DNA of 40,475 nt from IMG/VR virus record IMGVR_UViG_2875713109_000005; one strand, given 5' to 3'. Below the pieces are notes generated by a model, which saw nothing but the letters and a program-made list of their open reading frames with translations, was not told the DNA's origin and did not search any database. Shown here piece by piece: positions 29,628 through 39,239 of this stretch. This stretch comes from a virus (taxonomy: Duplodnaviria > Heunggongvirae > Uroviricota > Caudoviricetes). Position numbers and translations under genes: made by a program. How positions within the stretch are numbered: position 1 is the stretch's first letter; every line of letters starts with the position of its first letter.

Positions 29628-30494
29628 TTCTCAATCTCTCGATGGCGCAGTGCAGCAGATGCCAGTTGTTCAGGCTGACGAATAAAGTATAAATAAACTG
29701 GCTATGGTGTAAAGCTCCACATAACATGAACAAACACTACATATCAAATAGCTGATACAAGGATAGAAATACAACACTTATTATTAAAAACGATTAGATA
29801 AATTACATTTTAATGTTATGAAAAAGTTCTTTTTTATCATAACATTTCAACAAAAGCATTACAGATGCACATCCCGTCATCATCAATTATTTAAGGTGGT
29901 TAAACATGGAAAATAACAACTATGCACATCTCGCTCCTTTTTTATCCGTAATCCTTTTCGCTGGCTGTTTTATATGGGCATTATTTTTATAAAGTAGCCG
30001 CATGATTAGTTTCTGGAATCATGTTTCCCACTCAAATCATTAACATTTGATAAGATATATCTAAAAGGATGCCTTTACATTATTTGATGCGTATATGATT
30101 TATTTATATGCACAGTAAAGGCATCCTGGAAATAATCAAGATTAATGATATATTGCTTATCTCATCCCCCACTGTCTTTCACCCGGAAAACATTTATCGT
30201 TAAAAATATATCATAAGTAATTAAATTGAAATTTCAGAACACAACTAATGCACACAATAAGATTCAGTAACAGTAATCTATGCGGACTATATCGAGATTT
30301 TTTAGTTAAACTTTAATAAGTTATTCCTAACACACAGAATGCACAAACTAAAAGTAAAACAAATAGTTATACGAAAAACAACCATATTGATTCTATCTTC
30401 TCCTCTAATCAACATATCAATTATGTGTTTCATAACAGCTTGACATAACCCTCAAAAAGGTGCATTTATAATGCATGTTTTATGGGAGGTGGTT

Positions 30495-30836
30495 ATGACA
30501 CACAAGAGAATTCCTAAAGACTGGGTAATCAAACGCTCAACTCCGTTCTTCACAAAAGAGAACGTACCTTCAGCGTTATTAACACATCATAATACAGCAG
30601 CAGGTGTTTTTGGACAGTTATGCGTGATGGAAGGTACTGTAACATATTATGGTTTTGCTGATGAGAATGCTACTGAACCGGAGATAAAAGTAGTCATTAA
30701 TGCTGGCGCTTTTGCAACAAGCCCACCACAATACTGGCACCGTGTTGAACTAAGCGATGATGCTCAGTTTAATATTAACTTTTGGGTAGCTCCAGACTTC
30801 TCAGGCGAAAAAGTCTATACCGCAAAAAAAGAATAG
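30495..30836 (+). CDS. YeaR/TehB-N-like DUF1971 protein (moron)
   Basis: GGAGG lies upstream of ATG 30495. RSTPFFTKENVPSALLTHHNT..GV.G.L.VM.G.V.Y.GFADE...EP......AG.FA..PP..WH.VE...D..FNI.F.VAP parallels E. coli YeaR. Confidence 0.6.
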   Translation: MTHKRIPKDWVIKRSTPFFTKENVPSALLTHHNTAAGVFGQLCVMEGTVTYYGFADENATEPEIKVVINAGAFATSPPQYWHRVELSDDAQFNINFWVAPDFSGEKVYTAKKE

Positions 30837-30918
30837 CCACGCTATAAATATCTTATTAACTAGTCCCGGCGTGGTTCTTTCCCCGCTGGGTCTTTTACTC
30901 AGATTAGTAGTCTACGAA

Positions 30919-31044
30919 TCAGAGCCTCCGTCTGCCAGTTCGGATTCGTACCTCGCAGAGGTCTTTCCTCGTTACCAGTGCCGTCACTATGACGGTTAAA
31001 CAGATGACGATCAGGGCGATTAACATCGCCTTTTGCTGCTTCAT
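30919..31044 (-). pseudogene. hok/gef-family type I toxin homolog with aberrant C-terminus
   Basis: AAGGAG lies 8 nt upstream of ATG 31044. MKQQKAMLIALIVICLTVIVTALVTRKDLCEVRIRTG is identical to the HokD/Gef-type N-terminus as I recall it. It then reads RRRL-stop where the family has QTEVAVF.., consistent with a 1-nt deletion (GGCAGACGGAGG vs GGCCAGACGGAGG) plus divergence. Confidence 0.6.
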
Positions 31045-31566
31045 AGCCTGCTTCTCCTTGACCTTTCGGTCCGTAAGAGGCTAATCTCTATGTGTCGCAT
31101 AGATATGGCCTCAGATTAATGTTAAACGTCTTGCAGGACGCGTAATGTTAACTGGGGCTTTTCTCTATCTACCTTTGGTGTTCATGCCCGAGGCAGATAG
31201 CCTCAAGCACCCACAGCAATTCTAACTATCCAATACATCACTGCCAACACTTTAAACTCTTACCCTTTAAAACAAGAACAAAATTCAACCAATCAGCATT
31301 GGGCGTATACTCATATCCTAGAGAAAACAACTCTTTCTGTACCATTTATATCCATATGATTTATAAGCATTTGCCACTTGCCATAGCCGCACAATGACAG
31401 TTTGCCATTTGATGTCAATAGATAAAAATGATCGTTTTCAATGAGTTACATACTTGCAAGGCGTTGCACATCAGGCCCGATTACGTCAGTATCAAAAGAT
31501 TACAGATGGTGCATTACTGCCACCTCGCCTTAATGTTCCAGAACTCTCCAACTTGAGGAATTTTCA

Positions 31567-32340
31567 ATGACATCCTTTCAATTATCTTTGATTTCTCGTG
31601 AAATTGACGGCGAAATAATACATTTACGTGCCAAAGATGGTTACATAAACGCCACATCAATGTGTAGAACTGCGGGCAAACTGCTCTCTGATTACACTAG
31701 ACTCAAAACTACTCAAGAGTTTTTTGACGAATTATCACGCGATATGGGAATTCCCATATCGGAGTTAATTCAATCATTTAAAGGTGGAAGACCTGAAAAC
31801 CAAGGGACATGGGTGCATCCTGACATCGCTATTAATCTAGCGCAGTGGCTATCGCCCAAATTTGCAGTCCAGGTTTCAAGATGGGTTCGTGAATGGATGT
31901 CAGGGGAAAGAACTACAGCAGAAATGCCTGTACATTTAAAACGGTACATGGTTAATCGTAGTAGAATTCCTCACACGCACTTTTCTATTCTTAATGAACT
32001 GACATTCAACTTGGTTGCACCTCTTGAACAAGCAGGGTACACACTCCCAGAAAAAATGGTTCCTGACATTTCACAAGGAAGAGTATTTTCACAATGGTTA
32101 AGAGATAATAGAAACGTAGAACCCAAAACATTCCCTACCTATGACCATGAATATCCCGATGGTCGCGTATACCCTGCAAGGCTGTACCCAAATGAATATT
32201 TAGCAGATTTCAAAGAACATTTTAACAATGTTTGGTTGCCGCAATATGCCCCGAAATACTTCGCTGACCGGGACAAAAAGGCTCTCGCCTTGATTGAAAA
32301 AATTATGCTACCTAACCTCGATGGCAATGAACAGTTCTAA
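31567..32340 (+). CDS. KilA-N domain-containing prophage protein
   Basis: 257 aa. The N-terminal ...GYINATSMCRTAGKLLSDYTRLKTTQEFFDELSRDMGIP...GGRPENQGTWVHPDIAINLAQWLSPKFAVQVSRWV matches the KilA-N DNA-binding domain pattern. Confidence 0.75.
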   Translation: MTSFQLSLISREIDGEIIHLRAKDGYINATSMCRTAGKLLSDYTRLKTTQEFFDELSRDMGIPISELIQSFKGGRPENQGTWVHPDIAINLAQWLSPKFAVQVSRWVREWMSGERTTAEMPVHLKRYMVNRSRIPHTHFSILNELTFNLVAPLEQAGYTLPEKMVPDISQGRVFSQWLRDNRNVEPKTFPTYDHEYPDGRVYPARLYPNEYLADFKEHFNNVWLPQYAPKYFADRDKKALALIEKIMLPNLDGNEQF

Positions 32341-32460
32341 ATGATTAGCCAGCCCCATAAGGGCTGGTTATTTAGTATTATCAACCCCAGCGGCAAATCG
32401 AATACACCACCAGCGCCACCGCCATCGCAATTCCTACCGTTGTGAATGCTTCAGGCCAGG

Positions 32461-32964
32461 TCATCGTAAAACATCCTCCACGCTTATAAGTCCGCTTCGC
32501 TCCAGGTAGTCCATCACTTTATCCGGCAATTTGCAGCCCGGTTTCGCTTTCTTCAGTTGACTAACCAATTGTTTAACCAGCATTGTCAATTCGCGAACTT
32601 GTTTCCCGGGCTCCCCTTTGCCCTGAAGCAGGGCAGCGCGGCAAGCGTTCCATCCCTCAGCATATGTTTCAGTTACACCATCGAGATGGCATGTAAGCAA
32701 ATCCATTTCTTCCGGCACTACGGGCGCTGGAAAAACGGCATAGGGTGGCGTCCATTTTGGCGCTTTATCTCCAGCCGAACGCTGATACCAGTCATCCGGT
32801 TTGTATTCATAAAAATCACCAACTGGCTCTGCTTCCAGCGATGCCAGAGCAATTTTGAATAATTCGCCCTCTACCCGTGCCATCCCTGAATTGGGGTGGC
32901 ATTTCTCAATCGCTATTTTTAATTTAGCTTCTTCGATTAATTGCTTTTTGGTTAATTCAGTCAT
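32461..32964 (-). CDS. hypothetical prophage protein
   Basis: 167-aa ORF in the early-region orientation. I recognise no family. Confidence 0.5.
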   Translation of the reverse strand: MTELTKKQLIEEAKLKIAIEKCHPNSGMARVEGELFKIALASLEAEPVGDFYEYKPDDWYQRSAGDKAPKWTPPYAVFPAPVVPEEMDLLTCHLDGVTETYAEGWNACRAALLQGKGEPGKQVRELTMLVKQLVSQLKKAKPGCKLPDKVMDYLERSGLISVEDVLR

Positions 32965-33126
32965 TTTTCATTACCGCCCTTTCGGGCCGCCTCCTAATAT
33001 TTTGAGGGTGCAGCCCCCCCCCTCCGGTTAAGGATTAAATTTTATTTACAGTGCTAAATTTAATTATTCAGATTTGGATTATGATTTCTCTTTCAGTTCA
33101 CGCAGTTCCCTGATTGTTAATTTGGC

Positions 33127-33564
33127 TCACAACAGCACATCCTGAAAATTACCCTGATAGAACGCCAGTACACGCTGCATGACTTCGCTCTTCCGGCACT
33201 CGCGACAGATTATATTCAGACGCCTGTCATAGCGGCGTATTTCTCCGTCTGGTAATGACCAGATAAGGTCCGGATCAACTACAGCAGGTTTCTTCACCTT
33301 TGCCCTCGATAGTTTTTTGCGGGCGTTTTGCCAGTCTTTACGCGCCTGTTCAGACGGGAATAACCCGTAACCAGAGTTGTATACATCGCCACTGGCAACC
33401 AGCTCACTGGCGAGAACACTCATCAGATATCTTGTCGCACCTGTCTTGGCTTCCAGTTGCCGTAACGTCTCGCGACCGCTCAGACGTACAAGTTCAACAA
33501 CCTGCCCTTTAATTTTTTCCCGCTCTTCTGGTGTAAATACTTTTGCCATAGGTGCCTCCGGCAA
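33127..33564 (-). CDS. hypothetical prophage protein
   Basis: 145-aa ORF starting immediately after the upstream stop. An alternative start is M6 at 33549. I recognise no family. Confidence 0.5.
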   Translation of the reverse strand: MPEAPMAKVFTPEEREKIKGQVVELVRLSGRETLRQLEAKTGATRYLMSVLASELVASGDVYNSGYGLFPSEQARKDWQNARKKLSRAKVKKPAVVDPDLIWSLPDGEIRRYDRRLNIICRECRKSEVMQRVLAFYQGNFQDVLL

Positions 33565-34359
33565 TCACTTTTCCGATGCAACATGGCGGGAAGAATCAGT
33601 AATCTGTCGTACAATATCCCTGTGCTTGTTCAACTCACGCAGCGCGGCGCAGACACACTCCCACTTCTGGACATGATTTTTCGCCCGACGCAGTTCGCGG
33701 TTTGCCATATGCAGTGATGGTAAAACCAGGTCATCCGCTCGCGTTTCAGTAAACGATGGCAGCGACTGCACAATGTCCGCCACAGTTTCTGTTTTAATAT
33801 CTTCCTGTGTTGCAGCCTCCTGTACTGGTAACGCAACACCTGCGGTCTGAGGAAAGGCCTTACCATCAGTTTCCGCTACCGATGCTGCTTTCGGCTCTGC
33901 TGGTAAATTATCGCCCGGTATGCAGTAACGAAATTTACCGCCCTGATTTACGCGAATCAGACGACCTTTGCTGATTGCCATTGCCAGCGTTGAAGCCACT
34001 TTGCGTGATGTGGTACCAAACAATGTAGCCAGCTCATCAGCCGTTTGTGGTCCGCGTTGTTCAATCGTCGCGGTTAAATCGCACTCTGAGATTTTCGCTA
34101 CTGTTGCTGTGGTGGTTTCTTCCAGCAGTTCTACCTGCGCTGGCTGTTCCTGCTGAACGTTGTTATCAGCCACACGCCAGGTGTACGCGCTTTTATCAAC
34201 ACAACCAGCCTTTTTCAGTTCCCATAGTTCGTTCAGCACTTCTTCACGACTGATATCAAGTCGAGCAGCAAGTTCTATGGATGTGGCTTTTCCCATTGCT
34301 TTCAGTGCGTCAAAAACAGTCTCCATTAAATTTTTCTCCCGGTAAAAATTACTTCGCAA
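33565..34359 (-). CDS. winged-helix prophage protein (DUF1627/YdaW-like)
   Basis: The likely start is M12 at 34326 ([41 protein letters not shown]), with a second wHTH-like repeat ([28 protein letters not shown]). It lies downstream of the DnaC-like remnant. Confidence 0.5.
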   Translation of the reverse strand: MRSNFYREKNLMETVFDALKAMGKATSIELAARLDISREEVLNELWELKKAGCVDKSAYTWRVADNNVQQEQPAQVELLEETTTATVAKISECDLTATIEQRGPQTADELATLFGTTSRKVASTLAMAISKGRLIRVNQGGKFRYCIPGDNLPAEPKAASVAETDGKAFPQTAGVALPVQEAATQEDIKTETVADIVQSLPSFTETRADDLVLPSLHMANRELRRAKNHVQKWECVCAALRELNKHRDIVRQITDSSRHVASEK

Positions 34360-34828
34360 TTCCTAGCTGGACGACATTCGGACGCCAGCTCTCCCAGTTA
34401 AAATTCACCCATCGCCCGCCGTTCATGGTCATGCGATCCATAATCCGCTCGCCGAGCAATGTTTTCATGGCCTCATAGTTCAGGTTTGTCAGCATCCCCA
34501 CGCTGCGCATCGAAGCTGTCCGGCGATCAACAATCTGGTGCAGTACCACCTGCTCGTTTTTCGTCTCGCGCTGAATGCCAATTTCATCAAGAACCAGCAG
34601 ATCCACTTCGCACAGTTCCCGCAAAAATTTTTCGCCTGACTGCCCGTCGTCATAGCTGGCGTGCAGGGCACTCATAACATCAGCCACGGTAACCACAATC
34701 ACTGTCTGACCGTCTTTCAGCAGGCGATTCCCGATAGCTGCCGCTAAGTGGTTCTTCCCGGTAGCCATTGCTGATTGCCCACCGACAACAGCACAAGCTT
34801 GCTTGAATGAATAGTTCTCTTTTTTCAT
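34349..34828 (-). pseudogene. in-frame fusion of the ydaS 5' end (Cro-like HTH start) to the 3' two-thirds of a DnaC/YdaV-like replication ATPase
   Basis: MKKENYSFKQACAVVGGQSAMA (the YdaS N-terminus as I recall it) joins directly to TGKNHLAAAIGN...DLLVLDEIG.... The first Gly of the P-loop GxxxxGK is lost at the junction. Confidence 0.6.
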
Positions 34829-34857
34829 CGAATGAACTCCAAAAACACACAGAAATA

Positions 34858-34900
34858 TTAGGCGACGCCTAACGCAATTGTCAATAGGCTGTGCCTAATG
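34858..34900. promoter_or_regulatory. racR-ydaS divergent control region with TTAGGC-type operators
   Basis: Palindrome TTAGGCG-A-CGCCTAA (34858-34872). ATTGTCAATAGGCTGTGCCTAATG (34877-34900) recurs inverted at 35523-35546. A further GCCTAA lies at ~34918. Confidence 0.5.
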
Positions 34901-34951
34901 CGGTAAGGGTAGGGATTGCCTAATGTAATGCGCATAGGAGAATATTAAGCA

Positions 34952-35428
34952 ATGCTTAGTGGTAAAGACTTAGGCCGAGCGATAGAGCAGGCCATTAACA
35001 AAAAAATCGCATCGGGATCCGTCAAATCAAAGGCGGAGGTCGCACGCCACTTCAAAGTCCAACCACCATCAATTTATGACTGGATTAAGAAAGGCTCTAT
35101 AAGTAAAGATAAACTTCCAGAATTATGGCGTTTCTTTTCTGATGTTGTTGGTCCAGAGCATTGGGGGCTTAACGAATACCCCATACCAACCCCCACCAAT
35201 TCAGATACAAAAAGTGAACTTTTAGATATAAACAACCTTTATCAAGCAGCCTCTGATGAAATAAGAGCGATTGTAGCTTTCCTGTTATCTGGAAATGCTA
35301 CAGAACCAGATTGGGTTGACCACGATGTTCGCGCCTACATAGCAGCGATGGAAATGAAAGTGGGTAAGTATCTGAAAGCTCTAGAATCTGAACGGAAAAG
35401 CCAGAACATCACAAAAACTGGAACTTAA
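34952..35428 (+). CDS. racR: Rac prophage repressor
   Basis: 158 aa with an N-terminal HTH (KAEVARHFKVQPPSIYDWIKKG). It is divergent from the ydaS remnant and matches K-12 RacR as I recall it. Confidence 0.85.
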   Translation: MLSGKDLGRAIEQAINKKIASGSVKSKAEVARHFKVQPPSIYDWIKKGSISKDKLPELWRFFSDVVGPEHWGLNEYPIPTPTNSDTKSELLDINNLYQAASDEIRAIVAFLLSGNATEPDWVDHDVRAYIAAMEMKVGKYLKALESERKSQNITKTGT

Positions 35429-35522
35429 ACTTATATGGTCTGACGGAAAACTCCTGGATTCCGTTATTTAACCCCCCCATCACTTTCTGCTGTCGCCATC
35501 ACCTATTAGGTTACGCTCAAAA

Positions 35523-35546
35523 CATTAGGCATAGCCTATTGACAAT
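35523..35546. promoter_or_regulatory. second (downstream) copy of the racR-flanking operator-like sequence
   Basis: CATTAGGCATAGCCTATTGACAAT is the reverse complement of 34877-34900 with one mismatch. An extra TTAGGC follows at 35550-35555. Confidence 0.45.
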
Positions 35547-35736
35547 CAATTAGGCATTACCTATAGTTCCAGCATACCACCCACCCCGCCCCACAGAACG
35601 CCGGGCAATACTTCGAGTTACCAGGCAGTGGTAAGGGGTTAAGTAGCCAGCCCGAGGCGTATGAACATGACGGCGGGATTCAAATTTTGCAGTGCAGCAG
35701 TTAGTTCCGCCACCCGGCGTTAAGGGGAGAGATAAG

Positions 35737-35871
35737 ATGGTGCATTACGAAGTAGTTCAGTATTTGATGGATTGTTGCGGTATCACTTACAACCAGGCTG
35801 TGCAGGCTTTACGCAGCAACGCCTGGGATCTCTGGCAGGCAGAAGTCGCTATACGTAGCAACAAGATGTGA
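35737..35871 (+). CDS. ydaG: small Rac prophage protein YdaG
   Basis: 44 codons, MVHYEVVQYLMDCCGITYNQAVQALRSNAWDLWQAEVAIRSNKM, with GGGGAGAG upstream. Below the ORF-track length cutoff. Confidence 0.65.
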   Translation: MVHYEVVQYLMDCCGITYNQAVQALRSNAWDLWQAEVAIRSNKM

Positions 35872-35881
35872 GATTCGCAAA

Positions 35882-36037
35882 ATGCAAAAAATCGACCTCG
35901 GCAACAACGAATCCCTGGTGTGCGGCGTGTTCCCCAACCAGGATGGAACGTTCACTGCCATGACGTATACCAAAAGCAAAACATTTAAAACCGAAACTGG
36001 TGCGCGCCGATGGTTGGAGAAGCACACAGTAAGCTAA
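35882..36037 (+). CDS. ydaF: small Rac prophage protein YdaF
   Basis: 51 codons, MQKIDLGNNESLVCGVFPNQDGTFTAMTYTKSKTFKTETGARRWLEKHTVS. Below the ORF-track cutoff. Confidence 0.65.
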   Translation: MQKIDLGNNESLVCGVFPNQDGTFTAMTYTKSKTFKTETGARRWLEKHTVS

Positions 36038-36522
36038 CGATTAAAACGTCTACTCCTGCTGTTCCAGAATAACTTCATAAAATGGGAGTATTTTTCGGTG
36101 ACGAGATAATAAGAACAGTTTGCGCTATCACTCTGATGTTGAATGATGCCCTTCCGTTCTAATTTTTTCATAACCGGGTTACGGCAAGGAGAAGTGATAA
36201 TAAGATTTCCTGTTTTAAGGAAATCTTTAAATACAGCGATTTCTTTCTCAGATAAACGAAGCAATACTCGTTGCTCTGGTAGTAATGAATAATGCTTTTG
36301 AATATGTGCTCGCAATCTTGAGAAGGAAATGGCGACCACGAAAGAAAAGGCAAAAACGATAATCTGAAAGAGCCAAGGTATTTCAGTATAAGCATTGAAT
36401 GCGACAGTAAACTCTTTCGGTATCAGCCAGAGAGTGAGACCAAAAATGATAATCGTATACATAAGTCTTTCGAGTGGCTCGTTAGCAAAAAGTTTCAACA
36501 ATGGAGTAAATACATCCAACAT
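36034..36522 (-). CDS. sieB: superinfection exclusion protein B
   Basis: 162 codons from ATG 36522 (MLDVFTPLLKLFANEPLERLMYTIIIFGLTLW...) with two or three TM segments. The longer ORF-track version (to 36645) is an upstream extension. Confidence 0.8.
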   Translation of the reverse strand: MLDVFTPLLKLFANEPLERLMYTIIIFGLTLWLIPKEFTVAFNAYTEIPWLFQIIVFAFSFVVAISFSRLRAHIQKHYSLLPEQRVLLRLSEKEIAVFKDFLKTGNLIITSPCRNPVMKKLERKGIIQHQSDSANCSYYLVTEKYSHFMKLFWNSRSRRFNR

Positions 36523-36962
36523 ATCAATAACTCTCAACTGTAAGGGTATTGAAATGTTAACACAAGCTCTCGCTGTAGGGGTATAGCCGAGACCACCGAA
36601 GCCCGGAGGTGGTGAAATAAAACCGGGCACAACACGAAGGCGCATTTCCGATATCCATAAAGAGTCGGTCTTGTCTGTTAAATTTAAATGGTGGGAGTGC
36701 GCCTCCGGTTGTAAATAACGACATTGCTGTGTGTAGTCCTGGCGGCATCAGTTTTTTCTTGAAGTTCGGCTGATGTCCGCCCTTTTTTAAGTGAATTTTG
36801 TGATGCGGTGAATGCGGCTAAGCGCACGTGGCACAGTTAAAAGTCATGTTAGTCCTTATTGGTTTGGGTGGGAAAGCCGACTGTAATTGTTAACTGGTTG
36901 CAGTCACCTGGAGGCACCAGGCACCGCATCAACAAAGTTCATTTGTAAAAATGGAGATAATT

Positions 36963-37184
36963 ATGATTGCACATCACTTCGGAACTGATGAAATACCACG
37001 TCAGTGTGTGACTCCTGGCGATTATGTTCTTCATGAAGGCCGGACATATATTGCCTCGGCAAACAATATTAAAAAGCGAAAACTATATATTCGTAACCTG
37101 ACCACAAAAACATGCATTACTGACCGCATGATTAAAGTCTTCCTCGGTCGTGATGGTTTACCTGTAAAGGCGGAGTCATGGTGA
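36963..37184 (+). CDS. kilR: FtsZ-inhibiting killing protein KilR
   Basis: 73 codons from ATG 36963 ([35 protein letters not shown]...). Confidence 0.8.
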   Translation: MIAHHFGTDEIPRQCVTPGDYVLHEGRTYIASANNIKKRKLYIRNLTTKTCITDRMIKVFLGRDGLPVKAESW

Positions 37185-37354
37185 TGACTAAGAAAATAAA
37201 ATGTGCTTACCACCTTTGCAAAAAAGACGTTGAAGAAAGCAAAGCTATTGAAAGAATGCTTCACTTCATGCACGGGATTTTATCAAAAGACGAACCGAGA
37301 AAATATTGCAGTGAATCTTGTGCCGAAAAAGACCAGATGGCACATGAACTTTAA
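37184..37354 (+). CDS. ydaE: small Zn-binding Rac protein YdaE
   Basis: 56 codons, [56 protein letters not shown]. The ATG overlaps the kilR stop. Confidence 0.65.
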   Translation: MTKKIKCAYHLCKKDVEESKAIERMLHFMHGILSKDEPRKYCSESCAEKDQMAHEL

Positions 37355-37428
37355 TTAATTGACTATTCGAAACTGAATTTATGCCAGAAATGGCAGGTAT
37401 TCGCTCAACCTTAATTAAGGAGAAAAAC

Positions 37429-37704
37429 ATGATTACCAATTATGAAGCCACTGTTGTAACTACCGATGACATTGTTCACGAGGTGAATCTGGAAGGAAAG
37501 CGCATTGGCTACGTAATTAAAACAGAAAATAAAGAAACCCCATTCACTGTGGTTGATATCGATGGTCCATCAGGCAACGTAAAAACACTTGATGAAGGTG
37601 TCAAAAAAATGTGCCTGGTGCATATCGGAAAGAATCTGCCCGCAGAAAAAAAAGCCGAATTTCTGGCAACTCTAATTGCAATGAAATTAAAAGGTGAAAT
37701 CTGA
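37429..37704 (+). CDS. racC: Rac prophage protein RacC
   Basis: 91 codons from ATG 37429 (MITNYEATVVTTDDIVHEVNLEGKRIGYV...), with AAGGAGAAAAAC upstream. Confidence 0.75.
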   Translation: MITNYEATVVTTDDIVHEVNLEGKRIGYVIKTENKETPFTVVDIDGPSGNVKTLDEGVKKMCLVHIGKNLPAEKKAEFLATLIAMKLKGEI

Positions 37705-37805
37705 AAGAAATAGCCTGCGTATGGCGCAGGCTATGAACAGTGTGTATCCGGCAAGATCATTCACTGAACAAAACGAATTTTAATCTGAGTTGAGGTTAAA
37801 AAACA

Positions 37806-38222
37806 ATGAGCACAAAACCACTCTTCCTGTTACGGAAAGCGAAAAAATCATCCGGTGAACCTGACGTCGTCCTGTGGGCAAGCAACGATTTTGAATCGAC
37901 CTGTGCCACTCTGGACTACCTGATCGTTAAGTCAGGTAAAAAACTGAGCAGCTATTTTAAAGCTGTTGCCACGAATTTTCCTGTCGTTAATGACCTGCCC
38001 GCTGAAGGTGAGATCGATTTTACCTGGAGTGAACGCTATCAACTCAGCAAAGACTCCATGACATGGGAACTAAAACCGGGAGCAGCACCAGACAACGCTC
38101 ACTATCAAGGCAATACCAACGTCAACGGCGAAGACATGACTGAGATTGAGGAGAATATGCTACTCCCAATTTCTGGCCAGGAACTGCCCATTCGTTGGCT
38201 TGCTCAACACGGCAGCGAAAAG
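37806..38222 (+). pseudogene. recE: recE 5' remnant (first ~139 codons of exonuclease VIII)
   Basis: [29 protein letters not shown]...[12 protein letters not shown], after which the sequence switches to the recT 3' end in another frame. The ORF terminates at 38249. Confidence 0.8.
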
Positions 38223-38491
38223 ACGGAGGTACTCAGTTTGAAGTTATGACGCGCAAACAGATTGAGCTGGTGCGCAGCCTGAGTAAAGCTGGTAATAACG
38301 GGCCGTGGGTAACTCACTGGGAAGAAATGGCAAAGAAAACGGCTATTCGTCGCCTGTTCAAATATCTGCCCGTATCAATTGAGATCCAGCGTGCAGTATC
38401 AATGGATGAAAAGGAACCACTGACAATCGATCCTGCAGATTCCTCTGTATTAACCGGGGAATACAGTGTAATCGATAATTCAGAGGAATAA
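38221..38491 (+). pseudogene. recT: recT 3' remnant (last ~88 codons)
   Basis: ..[89 protein letters not shown]. It has no N-terminal two-thirds and no start codon of its own. Confidence 0.8.
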
Positions 38492-38547
38492 TTCAGCCTG
38501 GCGGTGTAATGCACCGCCAACTTGAAATATTTTTTATGAGAAAAATT

Positions 38548-38742
38548 ATGAGATATGACAATGTTAAACCATGTCCATTTTGTGGTTGTCCATCAGTAAC
38601 GGTGAAAGCCATTTCAGGATATTACCGAGCGAAGTGTAACGGATGCGAATCCCGAACCGGTTATGGTGGAAGTGAAAAAGAAGCACTCGAAAGATGGAAT
38701 AAACGAACCACTGGAAATAATAATGGAGGTGTTCATGTATAA
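38548..38742 (+). CDS. ralR: restriction-alleviation / type I toxin protein RalR (Lar)
   Basis: 64 codons from ATG 38548 (MRYDNVKPCPFCGCPSVTVKAISGYYRAKCNGCESRTGYGGSEKEALERWNKR...) with a four-Cys zinc-ribbon-like motif. Confidence 0.8.
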   Translation: MRYDNVKPCPFCGCPSVTVKAISGYYRAKCNGCESRTGYGGSEKEALERWNKRTTGNNNGGVHV

Positions 38743-38944
38743 AATTACCGCCACTATTGAAAAGGAAGGTGGCACTCCTACTAACTGGACAAGATATTCA
38801 AAATCTAAACTAACGAAATCAGAATGCGAAAAAATGCTCTCAGGTAAAAAAGAAGCAGGCGTTTCCAGAGAGCAGAAAGTAAAACTGATAAATTTTAATT
38901 GCGAGAAACTTCAGTCCTCGAGAATTGCATTGTATTCAAATTAA
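38735..38944 (+). CDS. ydaC: Rac prophage protein YdaC
   Basis: 69 codons from ATG 38735 (MYKITATIEKEGGTPTNWTRYSKSKLTKSECEKML...). It overlaps the ralR end by 8 nt. Confidence 0.7.
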   Translation: MYKITATIEKEGGTPTNWTRYSKSKLTKSECEKMLSGKKEAGVSREQKVKLINFNCEKLQSSRIALYSN

Positions 38945-39022
38945 AACTTCATAGCTGATTATTAATAATCAACATCGGGCGTCAATTTCAGTCTAACATT
39001 GGCGCCTGCCAGAGGTGATGCG

Positions 39023-39238
39023 ATGGCACAAGTAATCTTTAATGAAGAGTGGATGGTTGAATACGGCCTGATGCTTCGCACTGGTCTGGGGGCCAGACAA
39101 ATTGAAGCATACCGCCAGAACTGTTGGGTGGAGGGCTTCCACTTCAAACGAGTATCTCCTTTAGGTAAGCCAGACAGCAAACGAGGGATTATCTGGTACA
39201 ACTATCCAAAGATAAATCAGTTTATCAAAGACTCATGA
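39023..39238 (+). CDS. xisR: Rac prophage excisionase
   Basis: 71 codons from ATG 39023 ([43 protein letters not shown]...), immediately upstream of int. Confidence 0.75.
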   Translation: MAQVIFNEEWMVEYGLMLRTGLGARQIEAYRQNCWVEGFHFKRVSPLGKPDSKRGIIWYNYPKINQFIKDS

Positions 39239-39239
39239 T

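Noticed and set aside
33014-33022. C9 homopolymer ~50 nt upstream of the 32461-32964 gene as a phase-variation switch
   Set aside because: It is a single short tract in an intergenic region of a draft sequence, with no supporting evidence. It could simply be a sequencing-prone run.
36523-36748. N-terminal extension of sieB and the 63-aa ORF upstream
   Set aside because: The extension encodes Pro/Gly-rich non-membrane sequence not found in SieB as I recall it. ATG 36522 gives the expected 162-aa product.
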